Assembly: GCA_965249105.1 (NCBI GenBank)
Contig: OZ252219.1
Coordinates: 1,173,914 to 1,237,913 of the forward strand
Source: Vicinamibacterales bacterium
GTDB lineage: Bacteria; Acidobacteriota; Vicinamibacteria; Vicinamibacterales; UBA8438
Length of the DNA: 64,000 nucleotides
Direction: 5' to 3'
The position numbers and the translations under genes were made by a program. The notes below the pieces were generated by a model. It worked only from the letters and a program-made list of their open reading frames with translations, searched no databases and had not been told where the DNA came from. Positions 18,123 through 27,495 of the stretch are shown in pieces (the stretch's first letter is position 1; every line of letters begins with the position of its first letter).

Positions 18123-18299
18123 CGGTGATGCCTTGTGCTGCCACCAGATCTTCGACATCCCGGAAGCTCGGGCAGTATCGGTAGTAGAGCCACACGGCGT
18201 GGCTGATGATGTCGGGCGGAAAACGATGCCTCCGGTAGCAGGATCGACGAGTGTTCATCCCGACATTGTGCCGCGCGGGCAGTTAACCTGACAGAGCCC
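18123..18299 (-). pseudogene. IS6-family IS left-end fragment (IR plus first ~45 codons of the transposase)
   Basis: IR gggctctgtcaggttaac, then MNTRRSCYRRHRFPPDIISHAVWLYYRYCPSFRDVEDLVAAQGIT. It abuts the PQQ gene stop codon. Confidence 0.7.
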
Positions 18300-18882
18300 T
18301 CATCTGTCGGTAGTTCCGACTGGTAGCTTGCACCGCAGCCAGCACTTCTATCCTGCAGAGGTCGTAGCCAACCGCCTCCCCAACGTTTGCGCGCCAGCTC
18401 AACACGCGGCCACTTGGCTACCGGACGCCGGCGGATACACTCGCGGACACCGTTGCACTGACCGGTTGAATCGGCACCGTTACTCAGGAGTAGTCCAATC
18501 GGCGACTCCAGACCGGGCTGGAGTCGACTGATCCAGCCACATCGTCGGCAACCTTGCGAGCCCTCCGCCTCATCACATGAATGAGGCAGCCTCTTTCACC
18601 ATCGTGCGCGTTAGGGCTTGGGCCCTAGGCGATGCTCGTGCAGACTCCGGGGTATTTGAGCTGACTCCTGAGCAGGTGGAGGGCGCCAGCCCTGGCGGTC
18701 TCGGCCGACTCGCTGTCCTGTGAGAAGGACGGGCTGAGCGGCACCGTCAGATTCAGGGCATACGCGGCACACGACGCGAATGATGCGGCGGCCCGCTGAC
18801 ATTGTGAGATGATGAAGTTTGAGACTCTGAGCGGTCTACCATGCCGCTCTCGACTACTACGACGTGGCTGGAGAATCGTGAC

Positions 18883-19806
18883 ATGACCACGCACACGCCC
18901 CATCGGTTTCTTGTCGGTGTCGTATTCGCGGTGAGCCTCGTGGTGTGCGGTGCTAACCAGACGGCCGCGGCCGACGATCTGACCATCTTCGTAGCCCTCA
19001 CCGACAGCGAGGGTGAGCCGGTCACCGACCTTGCGGCTAAGGATTTCGCCATTCTATGGGACGGCGTGGCATGTGACATCCTCGAGATCGAGCCGCTCAA
19101 TCGGCCGGTGCGCGTGACCGTCTACTTCGACAACGCGACTGAGAGTGTGGCGGCTTTACCTGACATGCGCGAGGGAGTAAGGCTCTTCCTGGATGCGCTC
19201 CCACCAGACATCGAGGTGGCCGTCGGGTCAATCGCAGGACGCCCGCAGCTCCGCTCCCCCTACACCACTGACCGAGAAGAACTCCTCGACGCGATCGGCA
19301 AGATCGCTCCTGAAGGGGGCTCAGCGACCTTTTGGGATGCGCTGTACGAAGAAGCTGAGAGAATCGATAAGGACGAGGACCGTCAGTACACCCCAGTCAT
19401 CGTGATGGTTGCCGTCGGCGGGCCTGAGGCGAGCAGCTACGCCCGGTCCCAACCATTCGAGAGAGGGATGGAGCGCCTGTACGCGAACGGAGCGACAGTC
19501 CACACCTTGTTGTTTACGTCCCCAAGCGGTGTTGGGAGACAAACTGGGAGAAACCAGTCAGCCTGGGGAGCCGACATCGCCGCGTCGACCCACGGCAGGT
19601 TCCAACCTTTTGTCTCGTCCAATGCGTTCCGCACGCTGTTGCCGGAGCTCGCCAAGGACCTCGCCCGGAAAAACAAGCTGGTCAGCCACCAGTTTCGGGT
19701 GACCTACACGCCGCCGAAGGATGCGTCCGACCAGGCGCGTATCCAGCTGCAAACCAAGCGCGCCGGCCTCATCGCGGTCGTTACGGAAAACGGGAACATC
19801 CCCTAG
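18883..19806 (+). CDS. VWA-domain protein (acidobacterial TIGR03436-like)
   Basis: Signal peptide, then LTIFVALTDSEGEPVTDLAAKDFAILWDG and a VWA-like core (SATFWDALYEEAERI). Confidence 0.6.
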   Translation: MTTHTPHRFLVGVVFAVSLVVCGANQTAAADDLTIFVALTDSEGEPVTDLAAKDFAILWDGVACDILEIEPLNRPVRVTVYFDNATESVAALPDMREGVRLFLDALPPDIEVAVGSIAGRPQLRSPYTTDREELLDAIGKIAPEGGSATFWDALYEEAERIDKDEDRQYTPVIVMVAVGGPEASSYARSQPFERGMERLYANGATVHTLLFTSPSGVGRQTGRNQSAWGADIAASTHGRFQPFVSSNAFRTLLPELAKDLARKNKLVSHQFRVTYTPPKDASDQARIQLQTKRAGLIAVVTENGNIP

Positions 19807-20196
19807 GCGCGTCTGTTTGTGAGGTTCTCGTTACCGGCGATTGGATCGAGCGCCTATAGGCCCGCAAGGTCGCTGGAACACTTATATCTATTTCATCTCG
19901 AGTCCCGGGTGTGCCGGCGCTCTGCTGCGAACGCCGCCGAAAGGACATCACGGGCTCCGGCCCGACCCTGCGCTGAGGGGTGGCCGCCGATCGCAGCGCC
20001 GTTCTCACTTGTAAGGTAGGTCGCGCTGCCTGCAATCCGGACTTCAAGACGACACCGGGACACAGAGCGGACGCGCGGGTCGCGTCTTCGCACCATGAAA
20101 CCTCCTCGTCAGGTTCATGTTGCATCGACCCCCTGAATACACCCGCCAAGTGCGGAGTAGTTCGTCCGCCGCGCAGAGCCGAGACGGCGAGGAAAT

Positions 20197-20739
20197 CTAG
20201 TTAGCCGTTGCCGTTTCCTCGTCCAGCCGCTCGATGATCTGATCCGTCAGATCATAGCGGGGGTCCGCAAAGAACACTGATGGCGAAGGCCAACTGAACA
20301 CAAACTGGACGTCATGCTCTCCGGCCACCCGCTCGACGACCGGGCTGAGCTTGACGAGAAAGTCTGTTTGGAGATCCTGTTGGATGCCGAAGAACTCGGC
20401 CTGCGCGTCCTCCATAAAGCGCTGGAGGTCGAGCTCAAAGTTTTGAATCGCGTACTCGCGCAACCGCAGGGCATCTGGAGTCAGCACTGATTGGGCTTGC
20501 CCCAGCTGCCCTCGCTCCTGTTCGAGCTGCTGGTTGCGCTTCTCAATTTCCCGGTTCGTGTCCGCGCTGAACGCCTCCAGCTCGGCGATGCCTGCCTTGC
20601 CGAGCACCGAGTCCGTCGTCACCCGCTCGGGGCTGAAGACCGCCAGTCGGGCCGTTGGGAACCCGGGAGGAGTAATCTGTGCTAGCGCCGACGTCGGGAG
20701 CAGCGTCACGGCCAGAGCAACGAGTGTGGTGATCCTCAT
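20197..20739 (-). CDS. skp: OmpH/Skp-family periplasmic chaperone
   Basis: Signal peptide MRITTLVALAVTLLPTSALA and a coiled-coil body (EIEKRNQQLEQERGQL...DLQRFMEDAQAEF). Confidence 0.7.
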   Translation of the reverse strand: MRITTLVALAVTLLPTSALAQITPPGFPTARLAVFSPERVTTDSVLGKAGIAELEAFSADTNREIEKRNQQLEQERGQLGQAQSVLTPDALRLREYAIQNFELDLQRFMEDAQAEFFGIQQDLQTDFLVKLSPVVERVAGEHDVQFVFSWPSPSVFFADPRYDLTDQIIERLDEETATAN

Positions 20740-20915
20740 AGGGGTGCCTTTCTCGTTCTAGGTGGTGCCGTCCAGAGCTTTAGACGCTTCGGGCGATGTT
20801 TTGGTCGTCGGATCGTCTCTCGTAAGGAATACGAGGCGATAGCTCGTGCCCTGTCGCCCAGCGTAGAGGAATCAAACCGCCGCGACGGATCTAGTTGCGT
20901 CAACCCCCTCGTTGT

Positions 20916-20930
20916 GTTACATAGTGTAAC
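20916..20930. promoter_or_regulatory. BlaI/MecI-type operator palindrome
   Basis: gttacatagtgtaac (TACA/TGTA dyad) lies immediately 5' of the blaI start. Confidence 0.6.
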
Positions 20931-21341
20931 GTGACAACGCGTAGCAGCTCCCACCACGCACTCACCGACCTACAGCAAGCGATACTTGAGTGTATCTGGC
21001 GAAACGGGGAGGCCACAGCTGAAGACGTTCGCCAGGCGCTTGAACCGCAGCATTCGCTCAAGGATTCCACTATTCGTACGGTGCTTCGTCGTCTGGAAGG
21101 GCGTGGATACGTGAGTCATCGTCTCGAGGGACGAGCCTTCCTGTATCGGGCCGAACTGCCGCGGCAGCGAGTGGCTGCGTATGCCGTACGGCAGATCATT
21201 GACCGGTTCTGCTCCGGATCGGTTGAGCAGTTTCTCGTGGGGATGGTGGACGAAAAGGTTCTGTCAGCGAAGCAGATCGCCCGCCTCACGCGGAAGTCAG
21301 AGGGCACGGCGACGCGGAAGACGGTACGGAGGCGCACATGA
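20931..21341 (+). CDS. blaI: BlaI/MecI/CopY-family transcriptional repressor
   Basis: Winged helix LTDLQQAILECIWRNGEATAEDVRQAL...TIRTVLRRLEGRGYV. ATGA overlap with the M56 peptidase gene. Confidence 0.8.
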   Translation: MTTRSSSHHALTDLQQAILECIWRNGEATAEDVRQALEPQHSLKDSTIRTVLRRLEGRGYVSHRLEGRAFLYRAELPRQRVAAYAVRQIIDRFCSGSVEQFLVGMVDEKVLSAKQIARLTRKSEGTATRKTVRRRT

Positions 21342-23383
21342 GCGCGGTCCTGGTCGGTGTGCTTCTCGAGGTCTCTGTTCGCGTGGTGGTGCTCGCGGGC
21401 CTCGTGGCCGGGGCGCTCGCGCTGCTGAGGGTCCGCGCGAACGGCGTGCTCCATGCCGCGTGGACTGGAGTACTCGTGGCGATGCTGCTGATGCCCACAC
21501 TGCCCTCCTTCGTGCCGGCGGTCACGGTCCCTCTACCAGCGCCGGCGCGGCACCTTGTCGCAGTGGCGGGCGGACTGGCACCCAGACAGCCCGTCGCACG
21601 AGCCCCACGGGTGCTCCCGAGTTCACCGCCGAGGCGACCGACGGCCGCCACGCCGGCCCCGAGTGAGGCGCCCCGTCGCGGAGCGTCGTGGCCGTTCGTC
21701 GTACTCGTCATCTATGGGACCGGCGTCTTGTTCCTGCTGCTGCGCCTGGCGGTCGGCTGGCGGGGCGCCCGGCGCGTCTCACACGATAGCGAACCCGCGG
21801 TTCCCGAAGCCGCACGTCATCTCTCGTGGTGGCCGTCGACCGCCCGCATCTGCGAATCCCGATACGTGACGGTACCTGTGGCTCTGGGCGCGCTCGCGCC
21901 GGCCGTCGTTCTTCCGCTCGGGTGGAGGCGCTGGCCAGACGCGCAGCTCCGCGCGGTGGTCGAGCACGAGGTGGCGCACGTCGCGCGCCGCGATCCCCTC
22001 ATCGCGTTTCTCGCACGTCTCAACGCGTGTGTGTTCTGGTTTCATCCGCTCTCCTGGTGGCTGGAGCGCCGGCTGGCGGTCACGGCCGAACACGCGTGCG
22101 ACGAAGTCGCCGTGCGCGCGACCGGCGACTCAGGCGGTTACATCACCGTCCTCATGGAGATGGCGGCGACAGTCCGACGAGGGGGCGGGCGGTTGCGATG
22201 GCATGGCGTCGGCATGGACGGGAGCAGGCGCCTGTCGGATCGCATCGACCACGTGCTGGGTGGACCTGTCGGGCCGGACGTCTCGCGGTTCCGGAAGACC
22301 GCGGTGGCCGCAAGTTGCGGCGTGGCGATTCTCGCGGTGACAGCGTGTCGACTGCCAAGCGGTGAACGGTCGTACGAAGAGATGCGCCGATCGGTCGAGT
22401 GGCTGATCGAGCGGGGTTCAGGCACCGAGGTGGAGGTCTCGCAGGCCAACCGACCACTCGCCGAAGACGTGCTCCTCAGCAAACTCAGAGACGATCCGAC
22501 GGGGCCATGGTCGGCACGTCTCGGCAGCTTCTATGCCGCCAGCCTGGTCGGTCACTGGGTGCAGTTTTCGGAACGCGGACTGCACCACGAAGTCACCGAG
22601 GTCGACCCAGAGAGCCAATTTGCTGTGGCGGCCCGCGAGAAGTTGGACAAATCAACCGACCCGGTCATGCTTACCGCCGCCGCGAAGTTTCTCGTGCGTT
22701 CTCCCCGTCCAAACGGACGTTCTGACGAGGCTACCATCCTGCTGGCGAGATCGTACCTTGAACGGGCCGTCCGTCTGGCGCCGGAGTTGGCAGACGCTCG
22801 CGCGGAGCTCGTGTCGGTGGTCTCTCACACCAGAAGGCGTGCTCAGTGGCTGTTTACCCTTGAGGCGCCGCCGGTGTCGCAGTACGACGCGGTGATGTCG
22901 TTGCCGGGGCCGGACCGGTTCGAGCTATTGCCGTACGCGGCGATTGCCGCGTACAAGGCCGCTCGCCAGGTGGCGCGTAACAACAATCCTAATATGGCTC
23001 GGTACGTTCACGTGAAATTCGAGAACTCAAGACGCTTTGCGGAAGCCCTCCTGGCGCTGGCATCGGATTTCCGGACCCATCCGGACGTCGGAACGGCGAT
23101 CTACAAGGCCCACATGGTGTTGGCTGCTCATGCGCTGCGCGACGGACACGCGGACACCGCCGTCGAACACCTAGGGCTGGCGTCGATGGCGCCACCGTCT
23201 GATGGGTTGAAGTACGGCCGGCGGATCGCGTCGTGGCAGGTCGTTCTCGATCTCGTGAGTGCGGGTGAGGGCGCCGCTGTTGCCGAGTTCCTGGATCGGA
23301 TGGCGGAGACGAGTATCGTGGATCGCAGCCTGCTGCTCGAGTCGGCCGCAGCTGTGCGGAGCGGCCAACCTCCGGTCGGGTAG
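21338..23383 (+). CDS. blaR1: BlaR1-like M56-family membrane peptidase / signal transducer (681 aa)
   Basis: N-terminal TM helices, HEVAHVARRD zinc motif and a long helical-repeat-like C-terminal sensor region. Confidence 0.8.
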   Translation: MSAVLVGVLLEVSVRVVVLAGLVAGALALLRVRANGVLHAAWTGVLVAMLLMPTLPSFVPAVTVPLPAPARHLVAVAGGLAPRQPVARAPRVLPSSPPRRPTAATPAPSEAPRRGASWPFVVLVIYGTGVLFLLLRLAVGWRGARRVSHDSEPAVPEAARHLSWWPSTARICESRYVTVPVALGALAPAVVLPLGWRRWPDAQLRAVVEHEVAHVARRDPLIAFLARLNACVFWFHPLSWWLERRLAVTAEHACDEVAVRATGDSGGYITVLMEMAATVRRGGGRLRWHGVGMDGSRRLSDRIDHVLGGPVGPDVSRFRKTAVAASCGVAILAVTACRLPSGERSYEEMRRSVEWLIERGSGTEVEVSQANRPLAEDVLLSKLRDDPTGPWSARLGSFYAASLVGHWVQFSERGLHHEVTEVDPESQFAVAAREKLDKSTDPVMLTAAAKFLVRSPRPNGRSDEATILLARSYLERAVRLAPELADARAELVSVVSHTRRRAQWLFTLEAPPVSQYDAVMSLPGPDRFELLPYAAIAAYKAARQVARNNNPNMARYVHVKFENSRRFAEALLALASDFRTHPDVGTAIYKAHMVLAAHALRDGHADTAVEHLGLASMAPPSDGLKYGRRIASWQVVLDLVSAGEGAAVAEFLDRMAETSIVDRSLLLESAAAVRSGQPPVG

Positions 23384-23415
23384 ACCAGGGTCGTTGCTGA
23401 CCCCAGCCCCCCACA

Positions 23416-23449
23416 GATCCGGACATGCGGGTTCTTCCGCATCCGGCTC
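23416..23449 (-). ncRNA. Group II intron domain V
   Basis: The minus strand reads GAGCCGGAUGCGGAAGAACCCGCAUGUCCGGAUC. The canonical form is GAGCCGUAUGCGAUGAAAGUCGCACGUACGGUUC. The AGC triad and bulge are retained. Confidence 0.6.
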
Positions 23450-23466
23450 CTCGGCAGATGGTTTCG

Positions 23467-24140
23467 CTACACGCCGGTGGCGAAGTGAGCGGCCGTCATC
23501 CGCGGAAGAGGATATCGCGCGAGAAGGCGGAGGAACCGCGTCCACGGCATTGTCCTCTGCTGCGACCGGCGGTTGAGCCACTTTTGCCAGATGTGCACGA
23601 CGTGGAAGCCGAACGTCGTCAGGCTCGAGGCGTTCCCCCGAATCCCAAAGTAGGCACAATGCCCGCGCAGCTTCCACACCAACATCCGATGCTGCTTCGC
23701 GATCGATTCATGGCGGTGCGTACAACACCAGCGATTGACGGCCGTCAGGCTCCGCCGGAGGCGGTCCTTGGCCGTCTTGCGCTTGAGCACCCAGCTGCCG
23801 TTCCGGGCGATGCACCAGTAGTGCGTGAACCCCAGGAAGTCGAACGTGCCGGGTGGCGGGAATCTGTCACCGTTCTGCCCCGGGCGCCAACCCAAGCGCG
23901 GTCGGCGGAACCGAACCAGACGGCTCTTCTCCGGATGCATCGTGAGCCCGACCCGCCCGAGGCGTTTCGGGAGCACCTCCAGCACCCGGTGGGCGTCAGA
24001 TTCCTGCTCGACGACGATGACCACGTCGTCCGCGTAGCGGACGAGGACGCTGCGGCCACGGAGGCATGGTTGCACCTCCGTCGTGAACCATACGTCGAGG
24101 ACATAGTGGAGGTAGATGTTCGCCAACAGCGGCGACACGA
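23467..24140 (-). pseudogene. Group II intron reverse transcriptase/maturase, N-terminally truncated
   Basis: IVSPLLANIYLHYVLD...LVRYADDVVIVV (YADD)...FDFLGFTHYW plus a maturase X region. Confidence 0.8.
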
Positions 24141-25229
24141 TGCCTTGGTGCACAACTCGCGATCTCGGTCAATAATTGCCCTCCACCCCGAGATCCGAGG
24201 TCCCGCATGACGAGTTTCAAGCGCACCCAGCGGAAGTACGTCCAGAAGGCCTACCGTGTCCGGAATTGGCGGGAGTACGAGACGGGTCTCCGCGCTCGCG
24301 GGAGTCTGACCGTCTGGCTCGGACTCACCGATGGCAAGCTCGCCAACTGGAACTCGCCGAGGCCGACGCGCAGGAAGCCAGGCCGACAACGCAAGTACTC
24401 GAACCACGCCATCGAGACGACGGTCACCTTGGGCTTGGTGTTTGGCCTGGCGTCCAGGCAGACTGAGGGCTTCCTGCGCTCGCTGCTGACGCTCCTGAAT
24501 CTGGACAACGACGTGCCCGACCACAGCACGATCTCGAGGCGCAAGGCGAGGCTGGGGAAGGTTGCTTCCTACGAGAGGCGAACCGTGAAGCCCGTCCACC
24601 TCCTCATCGACAGCAGCGGTCTTTCAGTGCACGTCGGCCAGTTGCGCACTCCGCCGAAAGCCAGGGACTACCGCAAGCTGCACCTCGCTGTGGATGAGCA
24701 AACCAGTGACGTGGTCGCCTGCGAGCTCACGAGCAAGCGGGCTCGAGACGCTTCCCGGGTGGCGTCACTCGTCGGCCAGATCGAGCGTCCCATCGCCTCG
24801 GCCAAGGCCGACGCCGCGTACGACACCGGCGACGTCTATAAGACGCTGGAGAATCACCGTGCTCATCGATCGCCGAAGGTGCTGATACCGCCACGAAAGG
24901 GCGCTCAGCTCGCGCTCGACTCCGCGGGCACGCGACAGCGGAATCGTAACATCCGAGCACGATCACGTGTTGGGAAACGGAAGTGGTACGTCGCATCGGG
25001 CTACAGCAGGCGAAGCAAGGTGGAGACGACGTTCCACCGCTACAAGGCCATCCTGGGCTCAGCGATGCGAGCGAGGGGACTGGCGTCCCAGAGAGTCGAG
25101 GTGAGGTTGGGGTGCAAGATCCTGAACACCATGACGGCGCTCGGGATACCCGATGGCGAGATGATCGGATGACCGGCAGGCGGAGTCACGGGAGACTCTC
25201 AGCCCTCAATGGAGTTGTGCACCAAGGCA
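24141..25229 (+). mobile_element. IS5-family (IS903-group-like) IS, 1089 bp
   Basis: Perfect 18-bp IRs tgccttggtgcacaactc and gagttgtgcaccaaggca. The 9-bp flanks differ (gcgacacga vs gtgacggcc). Confidence 0.8.
24207..25172 (+). CDS. IS5/IS903-group transposase (321 aa)
   Basis: YRVRNWREYETGLRARGSLTVWL...RKYSNHAIETTVTLGLVF...IDSSGL...DAAYD, which resembles the IS903 Tnp. Confidence 0.8.
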   Translation: MTSFKRTQRKYVQKAYRVRNWREYETGLRARGSLTVWLGLTDGKLANWNSPRPTRRKPGRQRKYSNHAIETTVTLGLVFGLASRQTEGFLRSLLTLLNLDNDVPDHSTISRRKARLGKVASYERRTVKPVHLLIDSSGLSVHVGQLRTPPKARDYRKLHLAVDEQTSDVVACELTSKRARDASRVASLVGQIERPIASAKADAAYDTGDVYKTLENHRAHRSPKVLIPPRKGAQLALDSAGTRQRNRNIRARSRVGKRKWYVASGYSRRSKVETTFHRYKAILGSAMRARGLASQRVEVRLGCKILNTMTALGIPDGEMIG

Positions 25230-25573
25230 GTGACGGCCCAGAGATTCGCGAGCCCAAGTTGACCGTCCGTCTCCGTATTCAAGACAAGGTCACCGATCCA
25301 CCCGACAACTCCATTCAGGACCTGTTGTCGAGCTTCAATCTCATGAATCATGGGCACTGACACGTTGACCCTGTCCCCAAGTTGATTCGTCATCGAGACA
25401 GATACAAGCCGATCCGGCTCTGGAGAAGGGAGTTCTCGAAGCACCAAGCTATTGATCAAGCTGAAGATGCTAGCGTTAGCACCTATAGCCAGCGCCAGCG
25501 TGACCACCGCTACTACTGTCTGTGTTCTGGTTCTCCAGAGCGATCGCCAGGAGTGACGAAGGTCATGACCCAT
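25230..25573 (-). pseudogene. ADOP/MacB-type FtsX permease, N-terminal fragment cut by the IS
   Basis: MGHDLRHSWRSLWRTRTQTVVAVVTLALAIGANASIFSLINSLVLRELP, compared with the intact paralog at 56472. Confidence 0.7.
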
Positions 25574-25761
25574 TCCAGCTCACCATGGCGTTCTTAATCA
25601 ATTCTGGTCGCGGGATCACCGACGGACGAACGACACTCCACTTGATCATTCTCTTGGCGAACAGACCATTCGCGGATGTGTGCCCTGGCACAGACTTTGG
25701 CATGCGTGCTCGACTGAGTGCTTGCGAGTTCATCTCCGATATTCGAACAGGCGGGGCTCAG

Positions 25762-26136
25762 TCAGGCGTCGTCATGCGAGTTTACCTTCCGCCGAAGGCT
25801 GGGCAAGCGAAACGTCGGACGCGTCTCCTTGTTGGCGTCGGCGGCGTCAAGAAACTCGGAAATCAGGTTCTGGGTCCACGCCTGCGACAACGCATGTCTC
25901 AGCTCCGCAAGGTGGACCTCTCGGACCTCACTTGATGACAGGACGGGCAGATCCTTGCGAAAAATAGGATAGCAGCTGAGCCGCTCCGACAGCCATTCCA
26001 CTAGGTCCAGCCCTGTCTTGTTGAATAACGTGACAGTGATATGCAGTGACGGTTCGTTCACGGGATATGCAACATGCCACCATCCGCGTGGTAGGTAGAG
26101 AACCGATCCCGTTGATGATGGGGTTCTCGATGACAA
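25762..26136 (-). pseudogene. JmjC/cupin-like oxygenase, C-terminal fragment
   Basis: GSVLYLPRGWWHVAYPVNEPSLHITVTLF. The upstream half of the cupin is absent. Confidence 0.5.
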
Positions 26137-26520
26137 CTTGGCTCATACTGGCACGTCCCCGGAGTGCGCAAGCTCTTCCTGCTCTCCCATCTCCTACTGT
26201 CCTCTCATCAACGGCCCCGCTGATCGTGTTCGTTCAGACTGAAAAGGCCAACTGAGGCGGTGAAATAAGAAAGACTTCGCCCCCGCCATCGCCCTACGCC
26301 CGCTCAAGAGCCGCAATCTGACGGTCGAGCAGTGCTCGCTCGGTGCGGAGCTATTGGAAGGCCGTCTGCAACGCCTTGGACACAAGGCTCTCCTTCGACG
26401 CGGTGAACACGCGGCGCCGTTGCAGGCGATCGTGAGCATAGCCGACACGGCGTACGGATCAACGGTAATGATTTGCGACACTCACGCGCAAGGCCACGTT
26501 CACGCACGAGCGATTACAAC

Positions 26521-26783
26521 AGCTGACATCCCGGCAGCTCCCCCCCCGACCTCTTCCTCGCGCGAGGAGGCCACCGCCGCCGCCACGACCACCCTCGTCG
26601 CGCTCACGGCGCTCCCCCCAACCCGGACCACAGAACCGGGCTCGCGAGACGATCACGCGGACACCGGCCGCCACCTCGCCACAGGCGCGACTCACCTCCC
26701 CGGCGCCGCGCCCGTGACCGCTGAAATCGCCTGAATCCAACGAGGAAATCGGGGACGAACCTTCAGCGGGCGTCTCGGGTCAC
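26521..26783 (-). repeat. CCGGGAT-TIR element, core fragment (copy F)
   Basis: 26610-26745 aligns with 33398-33530 (ccggaccac.gaacc.ggctcgcgagacgatcacgcgg...ccgctgaaatcgcctgaatccaacgaggaaatcgggg). Confidence 0.7.
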
Positions 26784-26913
26784 GTCGATCAGAAGTTGTG
26801 ATCTCGGGACTTTACCGGGATCTACCGGGATAGCCGGGATGCCCGCGAGCGGCGCACGTCTCACTTGTTTCGGATAGTTCCGGAATATTTCGGATCAAAA
26901 CTTTCGATCGCGG
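26784..26913. repeat. Mini (TIR-only) derivative of the CCGGGAT-TIR family
   Basis: gtcgatcagaagttgtgatctcgggactttaccgggatctaccgggatagccgggatg faces its inverse ...cggatagttccggaatatttcggatcaaaactttcgatc. Confidence 0.6.
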
Positions 26914-27092
26914 ACATTCGGTCGTAAGCTTTCGGGGTCCGATTCGACCGCGGCGAGTGAAGACTCCACAGCCTCGACGTCCGCACGCAGTCCGGCGGCA
27001 TCTTCGTCATCGAGCTCGTCGATCGCCGGGCGCGCGTCGTCGAGCGCGGCTTCGGCATCAGCCACCAGCCCGCGCGTCTCCGTCTCGAGGCG

Positions 27093-27392
27093 TTGCCGGT
27101 CTTCTTGCTGCTGTATGGCGGGCTGGTCTCGATCCCCGCCTTCCTCGCCGAACGGGCTGAACCTGATGTGACCGTGTACGGCGTCGTCGACCAAGGCGGC
27201 GTACTGAAGCTCGACGCCGACGTCTCGCGCGCGCCGGTGGAGCTGCCGCCGCCCGTGCGGCAGGCGTTGGCGGCGTCCGGACAGCACCTGAACGAACAGC
27301 TGCTCTCGGTCTTCGGGGCGACGGTGTTCCGTCGCGTGGCCAACACCGACGCGGCGACTACCGCGCTGGGAGCGCAGCAGATCGCGGGGTAA
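27093..27392 (+). CDS. hypothetical protein (possible N-terminal TM; TTG start)
   Basis: Third-position GC is markedly higher in this frame than in the overlapping minus-strand ORF. No homology recognised. Confidence 0.3.
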   Translation: MPVFLLLYGGLVSIPAFLAERAEPDVTVYGVVDQGGVLKLDADVSRAPVELPPPVRQALAASGQHLNEQLLSVFGATVFRRVANTDAATTALGAQQIAG

Positions 27393-27495
27393 CTCACGAA
27401 ACACGCTGGCCCAGCTGAGTTCCAGCAATCGGCGCCGTTTCGGTCCCAGATGTTCCCAGGGATCGAACAACGCACCACTCTGACGGTCGCGAAGA

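Larger units (their letters stand above)
23381..24140 (-). mobile_element. Group II intron 3' remnant (RT C-terminal half plus domains V/VI)
   Basis: RT fragment and a domain V-like hairpin. The intron 3' end lies at or overlapping the blaR1 stop. The 5' half is replaced by an IS903-like element. Confidence 0.65.

Noticed and set aside
26895-27470. 191-aa minus-strand ORF
   Set aside because: Over 27093-27392, third-position GC clearly favours the plus-strand frame. The ORF's C-terminus is supplied by the mini repeat element. At most a short acidic fragment (27090-26895) might be a gene remnant.
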